63,158 nt of DNA from Fonticula-like sp. SCN 57-25 (GCA_001724245.1 MEDX01000007.1:1-63158); one strand, 5' to 3'; counted from the first letter of the stretch, positions 12,497 through 24,609 are shown. A program made the numbers and translations. Notes: generated by a model from the letters alone, not told the origin.

Positions 12497-13635
12497 AGGA
12501 AAAGTGTTGGCAATATGCCCTGCATGATTCTGTTCTTTTTGTCCTTGTTGTGTCGAATGTAGTAGCTATCTTCCTGTCAGCCCTTTCCCCTTTCTTTGTC
12601 TCATGCTCATCACTTGTACCGCATCGTCGCTGTGTGACTCGCTTGTATGTCGTCGTCCTGTGAAGACGTGAGTACAAGCACCATATCTTATTGTCGGCAT
12701 ATCAAAATGATACTCGGTATCTCAAAACCACAACATCAGTAGAAAAATTGCACACAATAGGGGAAAAGGCACCTTAACTGCACACGTTTCTGGCAAGTGT
12801 CACTGTTGCCGCAACCAGACATTGAGTTTAACAAAAACAAAAGCCGTTTACCGGCATATGATTCAGATAACTTATCTTGTCGAGAAGCAATGCTCAGTTG
12901 AGGTGCCACTTTGCCACTTTGCTTCCAATTGTTGTGATCACGTGATGACACATGATTTATACCTTTATTTCGTCCCTGCGATACAGTTCGTGAAGGAAAG
13001 GAATGATAATAAAGTGGAAATATAAGCTGAATGCCCTGAGTCTGTGACGGTTGAAAAATTGTTGAAAGTCGCAAATTGACATTTTTCGCCTATAGATTTA
13101 ACCTTTGGAACCATGTTGATTGCTTTATCCAGTAGGCGGTGTTTTGACCCTAAACTCTTTTTCACTTTTCCAAAACGCTTATTTAACTTACTTGCGCACG
13201 ACAATCGCATATATAAACATTAGAATGAATATTAACATAGATTATACTTGCAAAAATCAAGCAAAAAGTAGATTTTGGTTAATCACCACTGTCATTCGAA
13301 CGACCGATCAATTGTAAAATGTCGGACAAAGGCGTCAACAGCAAACCCCACTGCTTTTTTTATATCAATTTTTCATAATATATTATTCTTGCATTTGAAC
13401 TATGTTTATAATGGTCGCCTTGCGGCCCAATGTTTCAAATGTTGCATTTTACCGGGATCTACATCGTTGCATCTGCGCACATGGCCGGGCCCGCGAAAAA
13501 GCGATACTGTAATCGCTCTAGCCAGGACAAAATAGAGCCACTGACCTACCCAAGTTCTACAGTTAGGCCCCTGCGCGCACCTACAGCCTTAAAAAAGACA
13601 ATTGTCCAAGGCTTCGTGCCCTTGTCCCACAAAGA

Positions 13636-13647
13636 TTGCAGTTTGCA
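13636..13647 (+). promoter_or_regulatory. TTGCAGTTTGCA motif upstream of LRR gene start
   Basis: Exact 12-mer about 20 nt before ATG 13667. Confidence 0.55.
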
Positions 13648-13666
13648 CATCAGTTTGCATCCTGCC

Positions 13667-15136
13667 ATGCGTCTCACGCTCGCCCGCGTCGTTGAGCTGT
13701 CCGGCGTGGACGTCCGCGATGTCCAGCGCCTTAATGCGTCGGGTCAGGGCATCACTGGTGCGTTCCTTGACTATTTGCGAGGCTATTTGTCTAATGCCGT
13801 TTTGTTGTAGACCTTGATGATCTGAGTGTGTGCGTCAACATGACGCGCCTTGATCTGTCCAAGAACGAGCTGTCAGACATCAAGGGCGTCGCCTTTAACA
13901 AGGAGCTCTCGTGGCTCAGCGTCGCCGGCAACCACCTCAAGGACCTTTCGAACTTCTCTGAATTGTCCAAGCTGAAGGGTACGCAGGGCGCGGTTCCTTT
14001 GCATTGTGTGCTCATGCCATGTGCAGTGCTGACGGCGTCCAACAATGAGATCGCCCGCGTGGAGGGCCTGCATCGCTGCACCAAGCTGAACGCGATCGTC
14101 CTTGCGCACAACCAGATCAAGTACATTCAGGACCTGAGCGCCCTCAAGGAGCTCAACACGATTGTCTTGTCGCACAATCAGCTCGAGCTCATTTCGTCGA
14201 TCGGGCAGCCCACCGGCCTTGTCAAGCTCGCCGTCGCGCACAACAAGCTGCGCATGATCCCCGACCTCACCTTTGCGCCCAAGCTCCAGGAGCTGCGCTG
14301 GAACGACAACAAGCTCCTGAACCTTCCAGAGACGCTCGCGCGCTGCCCCGCGTACGTGCACGTCGCACAATTGCCTTTTGCTCACGCCTATACTCAGGCT
14401 CTCGCTGCTCGACGTTGGAAACAATCTTATCCGGTCGTACGAGGACGTTGCGGTTCTGAGCGACATGCTGCACTTGACACAGCTGACGCTCAAGGGGAAC
14501 CCCATCTGCGACCTGCCCGACTACAAGGTCAAGGTACGCCTTTTAGATAGCAGTGAATGTTACTGACACTCTAGAAAGATCCGCGAGATGGCGCCGAGGC
14601 TGCGCATCCTCGACGGCGACCGCTTTGACGAGGCGTTCCTGCACCGCAAGGCAAAGCGCCAGCTGATGGAGCGGAAGCGCGCCGACGCGACCGAGTTCCG
14701 CCGCCGTGCCGCACACCTGCGCTACGCGGCGTCGGCGTCGGCGACGGCGAGCGAGGACGAGGCGGGCACGCGCGAGGGCACGCCGGAGCAGCAGCCGGAG
14801 CAGCGCAAGAAGAGCAAGCGCGCGGACAGGGAGGAGGAGCGCGAGGAGGAGGCGCCAGCAGAGGGAAAGAAAAAGAAGAAGGCCAAGAAGGAGGCCGAGG
14901 GTGAGGCCGAGAAGGAGGAGAAGCAGGAGAAGAAGGAGAAGCGCAGCAAAAAGCGCAGCGCAGAGGGCGAGGAGGAGAAGAAGGAGGGCGTACACGCAAA
15001 GGCGACGTCGCTCTCGGGCGTCGTCGCCGTTGTCGACAATACGAAAAAGGCCGCCGGGGTGCAGCGCGACTCGCCGGCCGACCTGCTCGCGGCAGCCGCC
15101 GCGCCCGAAGTCGGCTCGCTCGGCGCCTGGGACTAA
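13667..15136 (+). CDS. SDS22-type leucine-rich repeat protein with LRR cap and Lys/Glu-rich C-terminal tail
   Basis: Repeated LxxLxLxxNxL units, L.GNPIC..DYK...PRLRILDG cap, then a K/E-rich low-complexity tail. Confidence 0.85.
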
Positions 15137-15202
15137 ATTTCTGACATATTGCTTATTTAAAGTTTGTATTGGCCGTTTTGTTGTTATATATAATACACGT
15201 TG

Positions 15203-16460
15203 TCATGGAAAGAGCGGCTCGGTCTCGCGCGGCTCCTCAAACTCGAGGGCCAGCTCAAAGGTATCACTAAGGTACGTCGAGCCGGCTCCGCAGGTCACAT
15301 AGTACGCCACGAACGACTCTTCGGCGGCTGTGCGGGGTGTCAGCATGCTAGTGCGGCAGAGAGAGTTTGCGCACCGACGCGGTACATGCAGTGGCCGTAG
15401 CGCGCGAATGGCAAAAGGCCCTTGCTGCTCGTGGCCATGCTCGGCATGTCGCCGCTCTCCATCATGGCGGCCCACATCTCGAGCGTCGTCCACGTCAGCG
15501 CTGGAATAGCGGGGTCAGCTTAGCGCCAAATTGGATAGGTACGGCGCACTGGCAAGATCGAGGTCGTAGCACTCGGCGGAAGGGGTGCGGCCGTCAAAGC
15601 CGCCGAACACGAGGACGTGCCTCGAGCCGTCCCGCCGCACCACGAGGTCGCCCGTGAGCGTGCGCGCGGTGCCAGGGCAGCGGCCCGATACGTCAATTTC
15701 GCTGAAGGTGGCGGCGCTGTCGCCGAGGTTGAGCATGAAGCCGTCGCTAAAGTACTTGAAGCCTCCGTCGCCCGCATAGCCGCCGTACATAAACACATTG
15801 CCGTCGCCAACGTCGACGGCGAGCATCCCCGCGCGCTCAGTGGGGCGAACCGGGGATGACACGGTGGCATGTTCCCACGCACCGGTGGCTGGCGATCATC
15901 GGTCAGGGGCACAGGACGGCGCAAACGAGCGGGCGCACCAGGCGTAAAGATAAACAATTCATTTGAGTAGCTGGAGTGCGTAAGGGCGCCGCCAAACACG
16001 TAGAGGCGTCCCAGATGCGCAATGCATTGGTGATGGTACCGCGCGGTGGGCACCACATCCCCCTGGAATGTGACACGACGCCAAACGAGTGTATCTACAT
16101 GCAGGAAGTCGATCAGCGGCGCGGCAGCCACGAAAGGGTCAGCGTACCGAGGTTAAGAACGTACATGTCTCCTAGCGCCTGCTTCATAAACAAGCCGCCG
16201 TAGACGTACATTTCGTTACCGACGAGGGTCGCCGAGTGACTGGCGCGAGGAGATGGCCCCTCCCCCGTCGGTGCCAAAAGCTCCACAGTCTTGGCGTTGC
16301 CGTCGAACGCAAACAGATCAGCATGGAACAGTCGCGAGCTGGTCTGGCCCCCAAAGAGAAAGGTTCGGCTGCCGTATGTGATGGACGAGGCAAAGCGCCG
16401 GGCAGAGATGGCCGCGCCACTCAGTGCGACCTTAACCCACGAACATGACACGTTCGACAT
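15203..16460 (-). CDS. Kelch-repeat beta-propeller protein
   Basis: Repeats of P.xR..H......x FGG/YGG motifs (ARRFAS..FLFGG, PRASHSA..YVYGG, ARYHHQ..YVFGG, FMYGG, LVFGG). Confidence 0.87.
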
Positions 16461-16775
16461 GGTGACAAGTGAACAAACAACAATAAGCCATCAATGGTAT
16501 CCGTGTGCGCGGCTTTAACAGAAAAATAATACTCTAGTTACGGGCAACACAAATTCTCCACGTTGCGGCTGTTATTGAACGCGTCGGTAACTCACATAGA
16601 CATAAATTTACACGATAAGGGAATGATGGCCACTTGCGCGGCCGTTTCCAAAAATCCTTTGTGCACAAAGAGAGCGGGGGTAGGGCTGTCTAAGCAGAAA
16701 TCGGGCGCTTGGATGCTTCTAGTTCAGCAGCAGCGCGGCTCGCATAGTGCTCCGCCTTCTCCTTGCGGTACTGGC

Positions 16776-17134
16776 TCAGGCCGGCGGGATTCTCGTGGGG
16801 GATAACATCGACCTGGAGGACCTCCTTCACCTACCATTCAGCGCGAGCGCAAGGAAACACACACCAACTGGTAAGCAAAGAAGCCACGGAAACAGGCTGC
16901 TTCGGGAGGGCACGGCGTACCTTGAGAAGCATGCCGGCCAAGGACGGCGTGGCCGTGCGCACGATCGTGTGCTCGCGCCACCGCAACCCGATGGCGTGAA
17001 TGACACGGCGCTTGTTCTCAGGCAAACCTAAAAGTGGTCATTAGCAACATTGGCGTCAATTATGTGTGAGCCGTACCCATGATCCCGCGCACGAGCTTGA
17101 TGCGGTACGCGAGCAGTCCCGGCGGTCCCGACAT
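16776..17134 (-). CDS. Mitochondrial ribosomal protein uL30m
   Basis: Three exons spliced at GTACG..AG give MSGPPGLLAYRIKLVRGIMGLPENKRRVIHAIGLRWREHTIVRTATPSLAGMLLKVKEVLQVD..., an L30-type pattern (IKL.R..IG.P....L..LGL....V......G.I.KV...V). Confidence 0.8.
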
Positions 17135-17284
17135 GCTTGCTTCCACTATGTGACCGATCAAAATCGTCTCTGATCAAGATTGCGTTGAGACGAAATCCGG
17201 AAATAAAGCGATCCGACTCTGCTGCAGTGTCGCCCTCTCTCATCGCGCCAGCGCATCCCTGAACAGTTTGCGTTTGAGGCAACC

Positions 17285-18232
17285 ATGGTACGTCCGCGCT
17301 GGCAATGTAGCTGGGAGTGGCGCTCTCTGTTGTGGGCGTGATGTGTTTTGTGGGAGGGAAGCTTTGATGGAGCGATGGCGGATGGCAGATGAGCGCGAGC
17401 GAGGATGGAGGGAGTCGCGTAGCAGAGTCGGTAGTGGAGAGTCGCGACGCGACAATCATCCATAGCGGAGCAGAGGAAAGCGTGCCACGGTCACCGCGCG
17501 CTTCCCCATGCTTGATGGAGTTTGGGTGTTTGTCGTAGCGGTGGCTGTGGAGGGGCTGGACTTGTGGATGGATGTGCATCCACTGGATGCCATCAATGGA
17601 TGAATCGTTGCATCCGCTCCGTTCAGCAGCGTATCCCTGCCTGCAGCAGCGTCCGCCTTCCGCCATCCGCTCGTGTGTTGTTTTGTGTGTTGGGTTTTTG
17701 ATGTGTTGGTGATACCTGGACTATTCAGCGCACTTTTGTTTTGGAGATCTCTTTGCTTACATTCGATGCGCGATGATAGACCCAGAAGCGTCGTAACAAC
17801 GGTCGCTCCAAGCACGGCCGCGGCCACGTTAAGCACGTCCGCTGCGCCAACTGCGCTCGCTGCGTCCCGAAGGTACGGCGATCTTTTTTTTTAGCTTTGT
17901 TTTCTAATCGATTGATGTGTTTAGGACAAGGCCATCAAGCGCTTCATGGTCCGCAACATGGTCGAGCAGGCTGCCGTCCGTGATATTACGGAGGCCTCTG
18001 TCTACGAGGGTGCGTTTTTTCTCTTTCCTGTAACTTTTTTTGCTGATGTTTCTGTTTAGTGTACGCCATCCCGAAGCTGTACATTAAGATGCAGTACTGC
18101 GTCTCGTGCGCCATCCACTCGCACATTGTCCGCGTGCGGTCGGCCGAGACCCGCCGCTCGCGCGACCCGCCGCCGCGCTTCCGCTTCAAGGATGGCAAGA
18201 AGGTTACCGTCGCCGCTGGCAAGAAGGCGTAA
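17285..18232 (+). CDS. RPS26: 40S ribosomal protein eS26
   Basis: ATG-only first coding exon (17285-17287), intron 17288-17779, then [38 protein letters not shown]...[16 protein letters not shown]. Confidence 0.96.
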
Positions 18233-18520
18233 ACGTTCTTTCCATAATGTTCATACTTTCTTTTTAATTTGCCTCACTTTTCGTGGTGGTGCCACAAAAT
18301 GACCCGGTGCATGCGCCGGAATAAATGGGACTGCCATGACGATTTTTATGCAGCTAACGCGGGGGGTGGGGGAGACACATATTTGGTTCACTGGAGCGGC
18401 TTCTCGTCAGAGAATGGAATAGGCATATAGGTTATTATATTCACGCGACAGACATGAATGAAGGGAAGAAGAGTCGGAAAAACGGCATTGTTAAACTATA
18501 AAAGATGTCTACAAAGTAAA

Positions 18521-20806
18521 TTAGGCCGTAGTGCTGGGCACCTCGGTCAATTTGAGAACCTTGCCCATAGCAATTGTCTTGCCGCCGCCGCGCAGCGAGA
18601 AGCGGCCGAGCTGCGGGTAGTCCTCGTAGCGCTCGACGCAGAGCGTGTTCTCGCACACGATGCGGCAAATGCAGACCTGGCCGGCCTTGACAAAGTTCGG
18701 CGGGTCGCGGGTGCGCTTGCCCGTCTTCTTGTCGATGAGGTGGAGGAAGGCCTCGATGGTCACCTCCTCAATGCACGTGTGCAAATGCATGACGGCCTGG
18801 AAGCCGGCCACGATGATGCTCTCGTACTCGACAATGGCCAGCTGAGCGATGAACACGCGCGATGTGAGGACCGGCTTGCGCGGGTTGCACACCACAAAGC
18901 CAACAGAGACGTCCTATCAAAAGGTGAGCAAAAGAGAGAGGCAAAAAGTACACGCACGTCTTCCTCGGCGCCCTTGATACGAAGGCGGACGTTGTCACCC
19001 GCACGGGCGAACGGCGCTTCCTCCTCATCAATGGTGATGCCCGAAACTTCAATGACGTGCTGCACGGTCTGTTAGCAACTATCGCGTTATATGCTAATAC
19101 GGTCGTACGCGGTTGGGCATGACGAGAAGGCGCTGGTTGAGCTTGATGTAGCCCGACTCGACCTTCCCGGCGATCATGGTTCCCATGTCCCTGAACTTTT
19201 CCATGATGGGCATGCGGAGCGGCTGGTCGACGGGGCGCTTGATGGGGTCGAGGCTGTCGAGGAGCTCGAGGAGCGACGGGCCCTCGTGCCACGAGCACAC
19301 GCTCTTGTCGACGCGGTCCTTGACGTTGGCGCCCGAAAAGCCCGAGATGGGGAGGAAGTCGACGTCGGTCTTGAGGTTGAAGCCGGTCGACTTGATGAAC
19401 GGCTTGAGCTTGTCGAGGATCTCGTTGTAGCGGTCGGCAGACCACGCGACGGTCGAGTCGTCCATCTTGTTGATGGCGACAACGAGGCGGCGGAGGCCCG
19501 CCATCTTGGCGAGCAGCACGTGCTCGCGCGTCTGGCCGCCCTTTTCGTAACCGGCCTCAAACTCACCCTTGCGGGCCGAGATGATCAGGATGCCGACGTC
19601 GGCCTGAGCGGCGCCGCCAATCATGTTGGGCACAAAGGCCTTGTGGCCGGGGGCGTCGAGAATCGTGTAGCGCTTCTTCTCAGTCTCAAAGTAGCCGCGG
19701 CCGACCTCGACGGTCTTGCCCTTGTCGCGCTCCTCGGGGTTCGTGTCGAGCGCCCACGAAAGGAACCACGACTCACGGCCCTTCTCCTTGGCGTCGCGCT
19801 CGTACTTTTCAAGCGTGCGCTTGTCGACCTGGCCGGTAAGGAAAAGAATGTGGCCACCCATCGTGGACTTGCCGGCATCTGCGCAGAGTTAATATCAGAA
19901 AAGAAAGACAGCGCAAAGGAAAGAATAGGAACGGGTAAAAAGAGGCGAAAAGGGAAAAGCAAGAATTTGAGCTCTAAAATAGCGCGTCACACTGCAAACA
20001 GACAAAAAAACAAAGATAGAGAGCGTACCGACGTGTCCAATGAAAATGATGTTGAGGTGCTCCTTCTCGTCCTGCACCGTGAGCTCGGCCGGGATCGTGT
20101 CGTCCTCGGTGTCATCAACGGTGAGCGCGGAGAGCGCCTCGGCCGGCGGCTCGTCAACGTCCATCTGCTTGTCCTCCTCCTTGGCCTTGGCGGGCTTGGG
20201 CGCCTCCGCAGCGGGCTTCGCGGGCTCGGCGGCGGGCTTGGCCGGCTCAGCGGCGGGCTTGGCCACCTCCGAGTCGACCTCCATGGCCGGCTCAGCGGGC
20301 TTGGCCGGGGCGGCGGACGAAAGGCTCTTCACCTGCGCGGGACCGCTCGAGAGCGACTTGACCTGCGCGGGGCCGCTCGAGAGCGACTTGACCTGGGCCG
20401 GGCCGCTGGAAAGAGACTTGACCTGCGCGGGGCCGCTGGAAAGGGACTTGACGACCGCAGGGCCGGTCGATTGCGTCGGCGTCGGCAGCGGGTACGCAGG
20501 GGTCTTAACCTCGGGCTGACCCTGGTACGCCTGCTGCTGCGGCTGCTGCTGGTAATAGCCCTGCTGCTGGGGCGGGTAATAGCCCTGCTGCTGCGGGGGG
20601 TAATAGCCCTGCTGCTGGGGAGGGTAGTAACCCTGCTGCTGGGGAGGGTAGTAGCCCTGCTGCTGGGGCGGGTAGTAGCCCTGCTGGGGCTGGCCGTACG
20701 ACGGCGCGTACGCATCATAGCCGTTCGGCACAAAGGCAGGCACATTCGCGTTCATGCGCGGGCGCTGGCCCTGCTGGCCCTGCTGCTGCTGCTGCCAATC
20801 TCCCAT
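18521..20806 (-). CDS. SUP35: Translation release factor eRF3 (Sup35/GSPT)
   Basis: KEHLNIIFIGHVDAGKSTMGG..L.LTG.VDKRT.EKYER.AK..GRESW.LSWALD...EER.KGKTVEVGR.YFET is eRF3-specific; NKMD; C-terminal LGRFSLR...KTIA.GKV. Q/Y/P-rich N-terminus. Confidence 0.95.
20320..20452 (-). repeat. Coding tandem repeat, 30-nt unit (VKSLSSGPAQ), four full copies plus one partial, in eRF3 middle region
   Basis: Units like gacttgacctgcgcggggccgctc/gga recur at 30-nt spacing. Confidence 0.93.
20551..20690 (-). repeat. Coding tandem repeat, 24-nt unit (QQQGYYPP), six GYY units, in eRF3 N-domain
   Basis: Directly visible units of the form gtaatagccctgctgctgggg. Confidence 0.95.
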
Positions 20807-21177
20807 TCTTTGCGAGATCTCGTCGACTCGATCGACCGAGGCCGTGTCACCGCTGAAAGAGAAATCAAATCGATCCACGTGGTTAAGCACGCGCAATCAA
20901 GCACAACCGAAAGGGGTGCACACCAAAGAGTGGCGCTCGCGCTGCGCCTGAAAACACCAGAAAAATGCATATCACGGTGAAAAATATGCAGCATGCACCA
21001 TATTTCTTTTGATACGTGCACAGTATATTTTCGTTTTCATGTGTTTGGAGCATTTTCCCGGTGGGCCAAATAGGTATAGAAGTGAAAATAAATGACTGTA
21101 GCGCACATTCGGTAAAGGCATTGTTTATTTCTGAAAATGAATGGTATCGTTTAAAATAGAATAAGAGTGTACAAAAC

Positions 21178-23003
21178 TCAATGTGATTTGATACGGAGCG
21201 TGCCCTTGACGTCCATGAGCTGCCGGTCCAGCTCGGCAAACGTGTCGTTGAAATCGAAGCCGATGTCAAACAGCGCACTGCCCACATCGCTCGGCGGCTG
21301 CGCCGCTGGCGCCGCGCTCTCCTTCTGAGCATCGGCCGACTCGGACGGCGGCGTAAAGAGGTTGACGAGCCGGCTGGCCGGCGGCGCGGGCTTTGCCGCC
21401 TCGTCCGCCTTGGGCGCGACCGGCGTGAGCCCACGCATCCCGCGGATGGACGCGTTCACCATGGCCTTGTCGTTTTTTGACGTTTCCTATACAAAAGGCG
21501 GTGAGCAAGGCGCTGCTGCACGGCGGCGGCGGCGTACGAGAGCGGACGCAAGCGAGTCCATCTGGCCGGTCGTAGCGGCGGCGCCAGATTCCTTGGCGGC
21601 CTCGGCGGCGGCGCTCTTCTCCTTGCGTGCCTTGAGCTTCTCGGCCAGCTCGAGGATAGCGGCCTGCCGCAGCTCCACTAAAAGCCAGACGTCAGCGACC
21701 AACATTGCTATTCACTACTCGTACCCAGCTTGTCCTCTGCGCTCTTGGGCGCCTGCATCCTGCGCTTGAGCGTGCCGAGGCGGTTCATAAGCGGCGCGTT
21801 CTTGGCGAGCGGGACGTAGGCGGGCGGCGGCGGCGGCGGTGGCGGCGGCGGAGGCGGCGGCGTCGCGCCCTTCTCAAACGCGGTAAGCCGCTCCTTGAGC
21901 GACGCGGCCTCCTCACGCGCGGCGTCCATTGACGCCTCCATCTCGTCGCAGCGCTTCTGGGCGGCGACGAGCGAGCGCTGCGCGTCCTCGAGCTTGCATT
22001 CGAGCTGCGTGACAGTCATGAGGTCCACGTGCGACTCGCGGCGCGCGTCAAGCTGCAGCTGCAGGCTCTGCACCTCGCGCTCGGCCACCTCGCGGTACCC
22101 CTTCTCGACGCTCAGCGCCTGCTGCACCTTGACGAGTTCCGAAGCAGGGATCGCCTCGGCGTTCTTGGCGTCCGCCGTCGCCTTGGCCGCCTCGAGTTCG
22201 GCCGACAGGCGCGCGACCAGCTTTTCCGCCTCTTGGCGCTTGACAACCTCGGCGGTGTACCTGCGGCGCGCGTCAGTTGTGGCAAGGCGAGCAAGTAGAC
22301 GTACGTCTCGGACATGGAGCGGTACTCGCCCATCGTCTGCTCGGCCGCCTGGCTCAGCTTGGCGTTGCTGTTCTCCGCCGACTCGGCGCGCATGACCGCT
22401 TCGGCCAGGAGGGTCTGCGTCTGCTGGAGACGGTCGCCAAGTTCTGCCGACCATGCGTCAGCACGACGGTACAGTGAGTAAGCTCGTACCGCTCAGCGTC
22501 GAGATGAGGTACACATTGTCCTTGTCTTCATCCTCGAGAACGAGCGACGTCGCGGGCACGGGAGAGCGGCTCGCCTCGCGCTGAGGAGCAAGCTCCTCCA
22601 GCTGCTTCTCCAACGCGGCGCGCTGGTTCACCTCCTCGGTGTACTTTTCCTTGAGCGCGTAAAACTCTTCGAGGCCGTGCTGCGCCACTGAGAAGAAACA
22701 GGGAGTTAATGCGACATTCCACAAAAGGAATGTCAAGCGTACGCGACTTGAGTGTAACAAGCAGCTGCTGCGTGTCCGCCAGCTGACCCTTCGTCGCCGC
22801 ATGCGCGCTGGTTTCCGACTGAAGTGCGCGCGCCTGATTGATGTGCTCGACGCGAGCTATACTTACAAATCAGATGACATTATGATAAAGCGGCATCGCG
22901 TACCCCTCTCCCACAGCCGCAAGACGCGCTCAACCTTGGCAAGCGCGCCCGCCTTCTCCTCCTCTAGCGTCCGGCACCGAGCCAGAAGCGAATCAAAGTC
23001 CAT
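21178..23003 (-). CDS. Coiled-coil plus polyproline protein, shootin-1-like architecture
   Basis: MDFDSLLARC... long coiled coil, P12 tract, then ELRQAAILELAEKLK; multi-exon. Confidence 0.6.
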
Positions 23004-23218
23004 GGCGAGTGCCTGGCCTGATCCTCAGAATGCACCGCTGGCCACGTGGATGTTTGTTGGAATGCGCAACTTTCAGCAGATCGCATCGCGGGAATAGGAA
23101 AGTATGGCACTGAGGCCTTGAAACAGAGCAAAAGATATAAAGATATATAAAGTGTTTGAAGCAATGATGCCAAGTAGGTTTGATGATAATTTATAGGTAC
23201 ATGCAAGCCATAGTATGG

Positions 23219-24609
23219 CTAGTTCATTGAATGCGAAGTGGAGAGCGCCTTGACCGTCTCCTCGGCGTCCTCGATATCGTCGTCCTCCTCCTCCATCGGG
23301 AAGCGCAAAATTGCCGCCACTCCGGTGAGCTGCGCCGCATCTCAGTTAGATAGAGCACATACGCAAAAATAGTAGAGCATACCTGGTCGAGCTGCTCTCC
23401 CGTGACGTGCGCCGACGAAAAGATGTGCACGGTGCCGCTTGTGAGTTTGACGAGCTCGACGAGCTCGATGTAGCGCTTGCGCGTCTCGATATTGTCGGCG
23501 CGGAACAGCGAATCAGAGACGAGCAGCGTGTCAATGGCCTGGTTGTCTGCCGCGCGCAGGACGGCCTTGTAGCCGTAGTGGGCGCGGTTCGGGTCCGAGT
23601 TCATCATCTTGTAAAAGGTGTCCATCGAGCGGAACTCGCTCGCCGCCTTGGTATCAACCATGCGTACATTCACCGTGGGGTCCTGCAGCACATCTGGTGT
23701 CGTTCGCGTAAGCGCCACGGTGAAAAAAAGCAAGCGATTGGCGTACCGCGGAGGGCGTACTTGTGGCCGCTCGACGAGTGGGCGAGGATGAACTTTGAGC
23801 GGTTCTCGAGGATGGTCTTGTTCTCGGTGCGCACCGCCTGGTCAATCATGTACTCGTACATTTGGTCGCGGAGGAAGCCGGGGCTGGCAATGATGACGCA
23901 CTTTACAACGTCAAAGTTGACGTAGCGGACGATCGCCTGGTAGACGGCGTCCAGGAACTTGTTGACGCCCTTGTCGTGCTGTGTCGTGTCGCCGCGGCGC
24001 TTCCGCGGAACACCGACTTCAATGCGCTGACGGACGATGGTGATGCTCTCCATGACAAGGCAGACGTTGGCCAGGCCCTCCTGCATAAGAATCGCAACGC
24101 AGTCGGCGCGTGCCGCGACATCACACGCTGAAGTGATGCGCTCAAGCGTCACGCTGTCCCACTCGTCCTTAAAGATCTCAAAGTCGCGGTTCAGCTCAAG
24201 ATCAAGCGTGTGAAACGCGCCCATCTTAACAAACTGTTCCAGGAGGTGTGAGCCGCGGCATCGGGACTGCTGCAAGCGCACCTTGTTCTCCTCGGTATTG
24301 CGTCCAGTGAGGCGCAGCGTGCCGGCCCCGGGATCAAAGTGTATTGTGTCCACCTGAATAGTAAGAACTGTGCGCACACGCGACGACTCCATGGAGCCCG
24401 TCTGGCTCTCACTTTGTACGCGGCTAGAGCACGAAACCTGTTAGGCGACCATCGTCGTGCACACGTCTAGCATACCGGACCGTCGTCGATCGTACCCGAT
24501 CTCCCTTCATGATCAGGTTGTACGTGTGCCACATGTCTTCCTCATTCTCAGGATAGAGCTTTATCCTCCCCGCGCCGTCGCGATCAATGTCCTTAAACTT
24601 GAGCTGCAT
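23219..24609 (-). CDS. PELO: Pelota/Dom34 ribosome rescue factor
   Basis: PENEEDMWHTYNLI..GD.V...T.R, KMGAFHTLDLE, VKCVIIASPGFL, HSSSGHKYAL, LFR..DI.TR..Y, SSAHVTGEQLDQLTGVAAILRFP. Confidence 0.96.

Noticed and set aside
12942-13040. Box C/D snoRNA call
   Set aside because: Boxes are present, but I could not identify a terminal stem or rRNA-complementary guide; kept only as part of the AT-rich island finding.
20320-20690. Regular 24- and 30-nt repeats resembling a CRISPR array
   Set aside because: No unique spacers, unit lengths are multiples of three, they are in frame within eRF3, and there are no cas genes.
19091-20980. 629-aa plus-strand ORF with repeats
   Set aside because: Antisense mirror of eRF3; its repeats are the reverse complement of the eRF3 repeats.
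18521-24609. Translational GTPase near Pelota as a possible Hbs1-Dom34 cluster
   Set aside because: GTPase motifs are eRF3-specific (GRESW.LSWALD, KTVEVGR), an unrelated gene intervenes, and proximity is likely chance.
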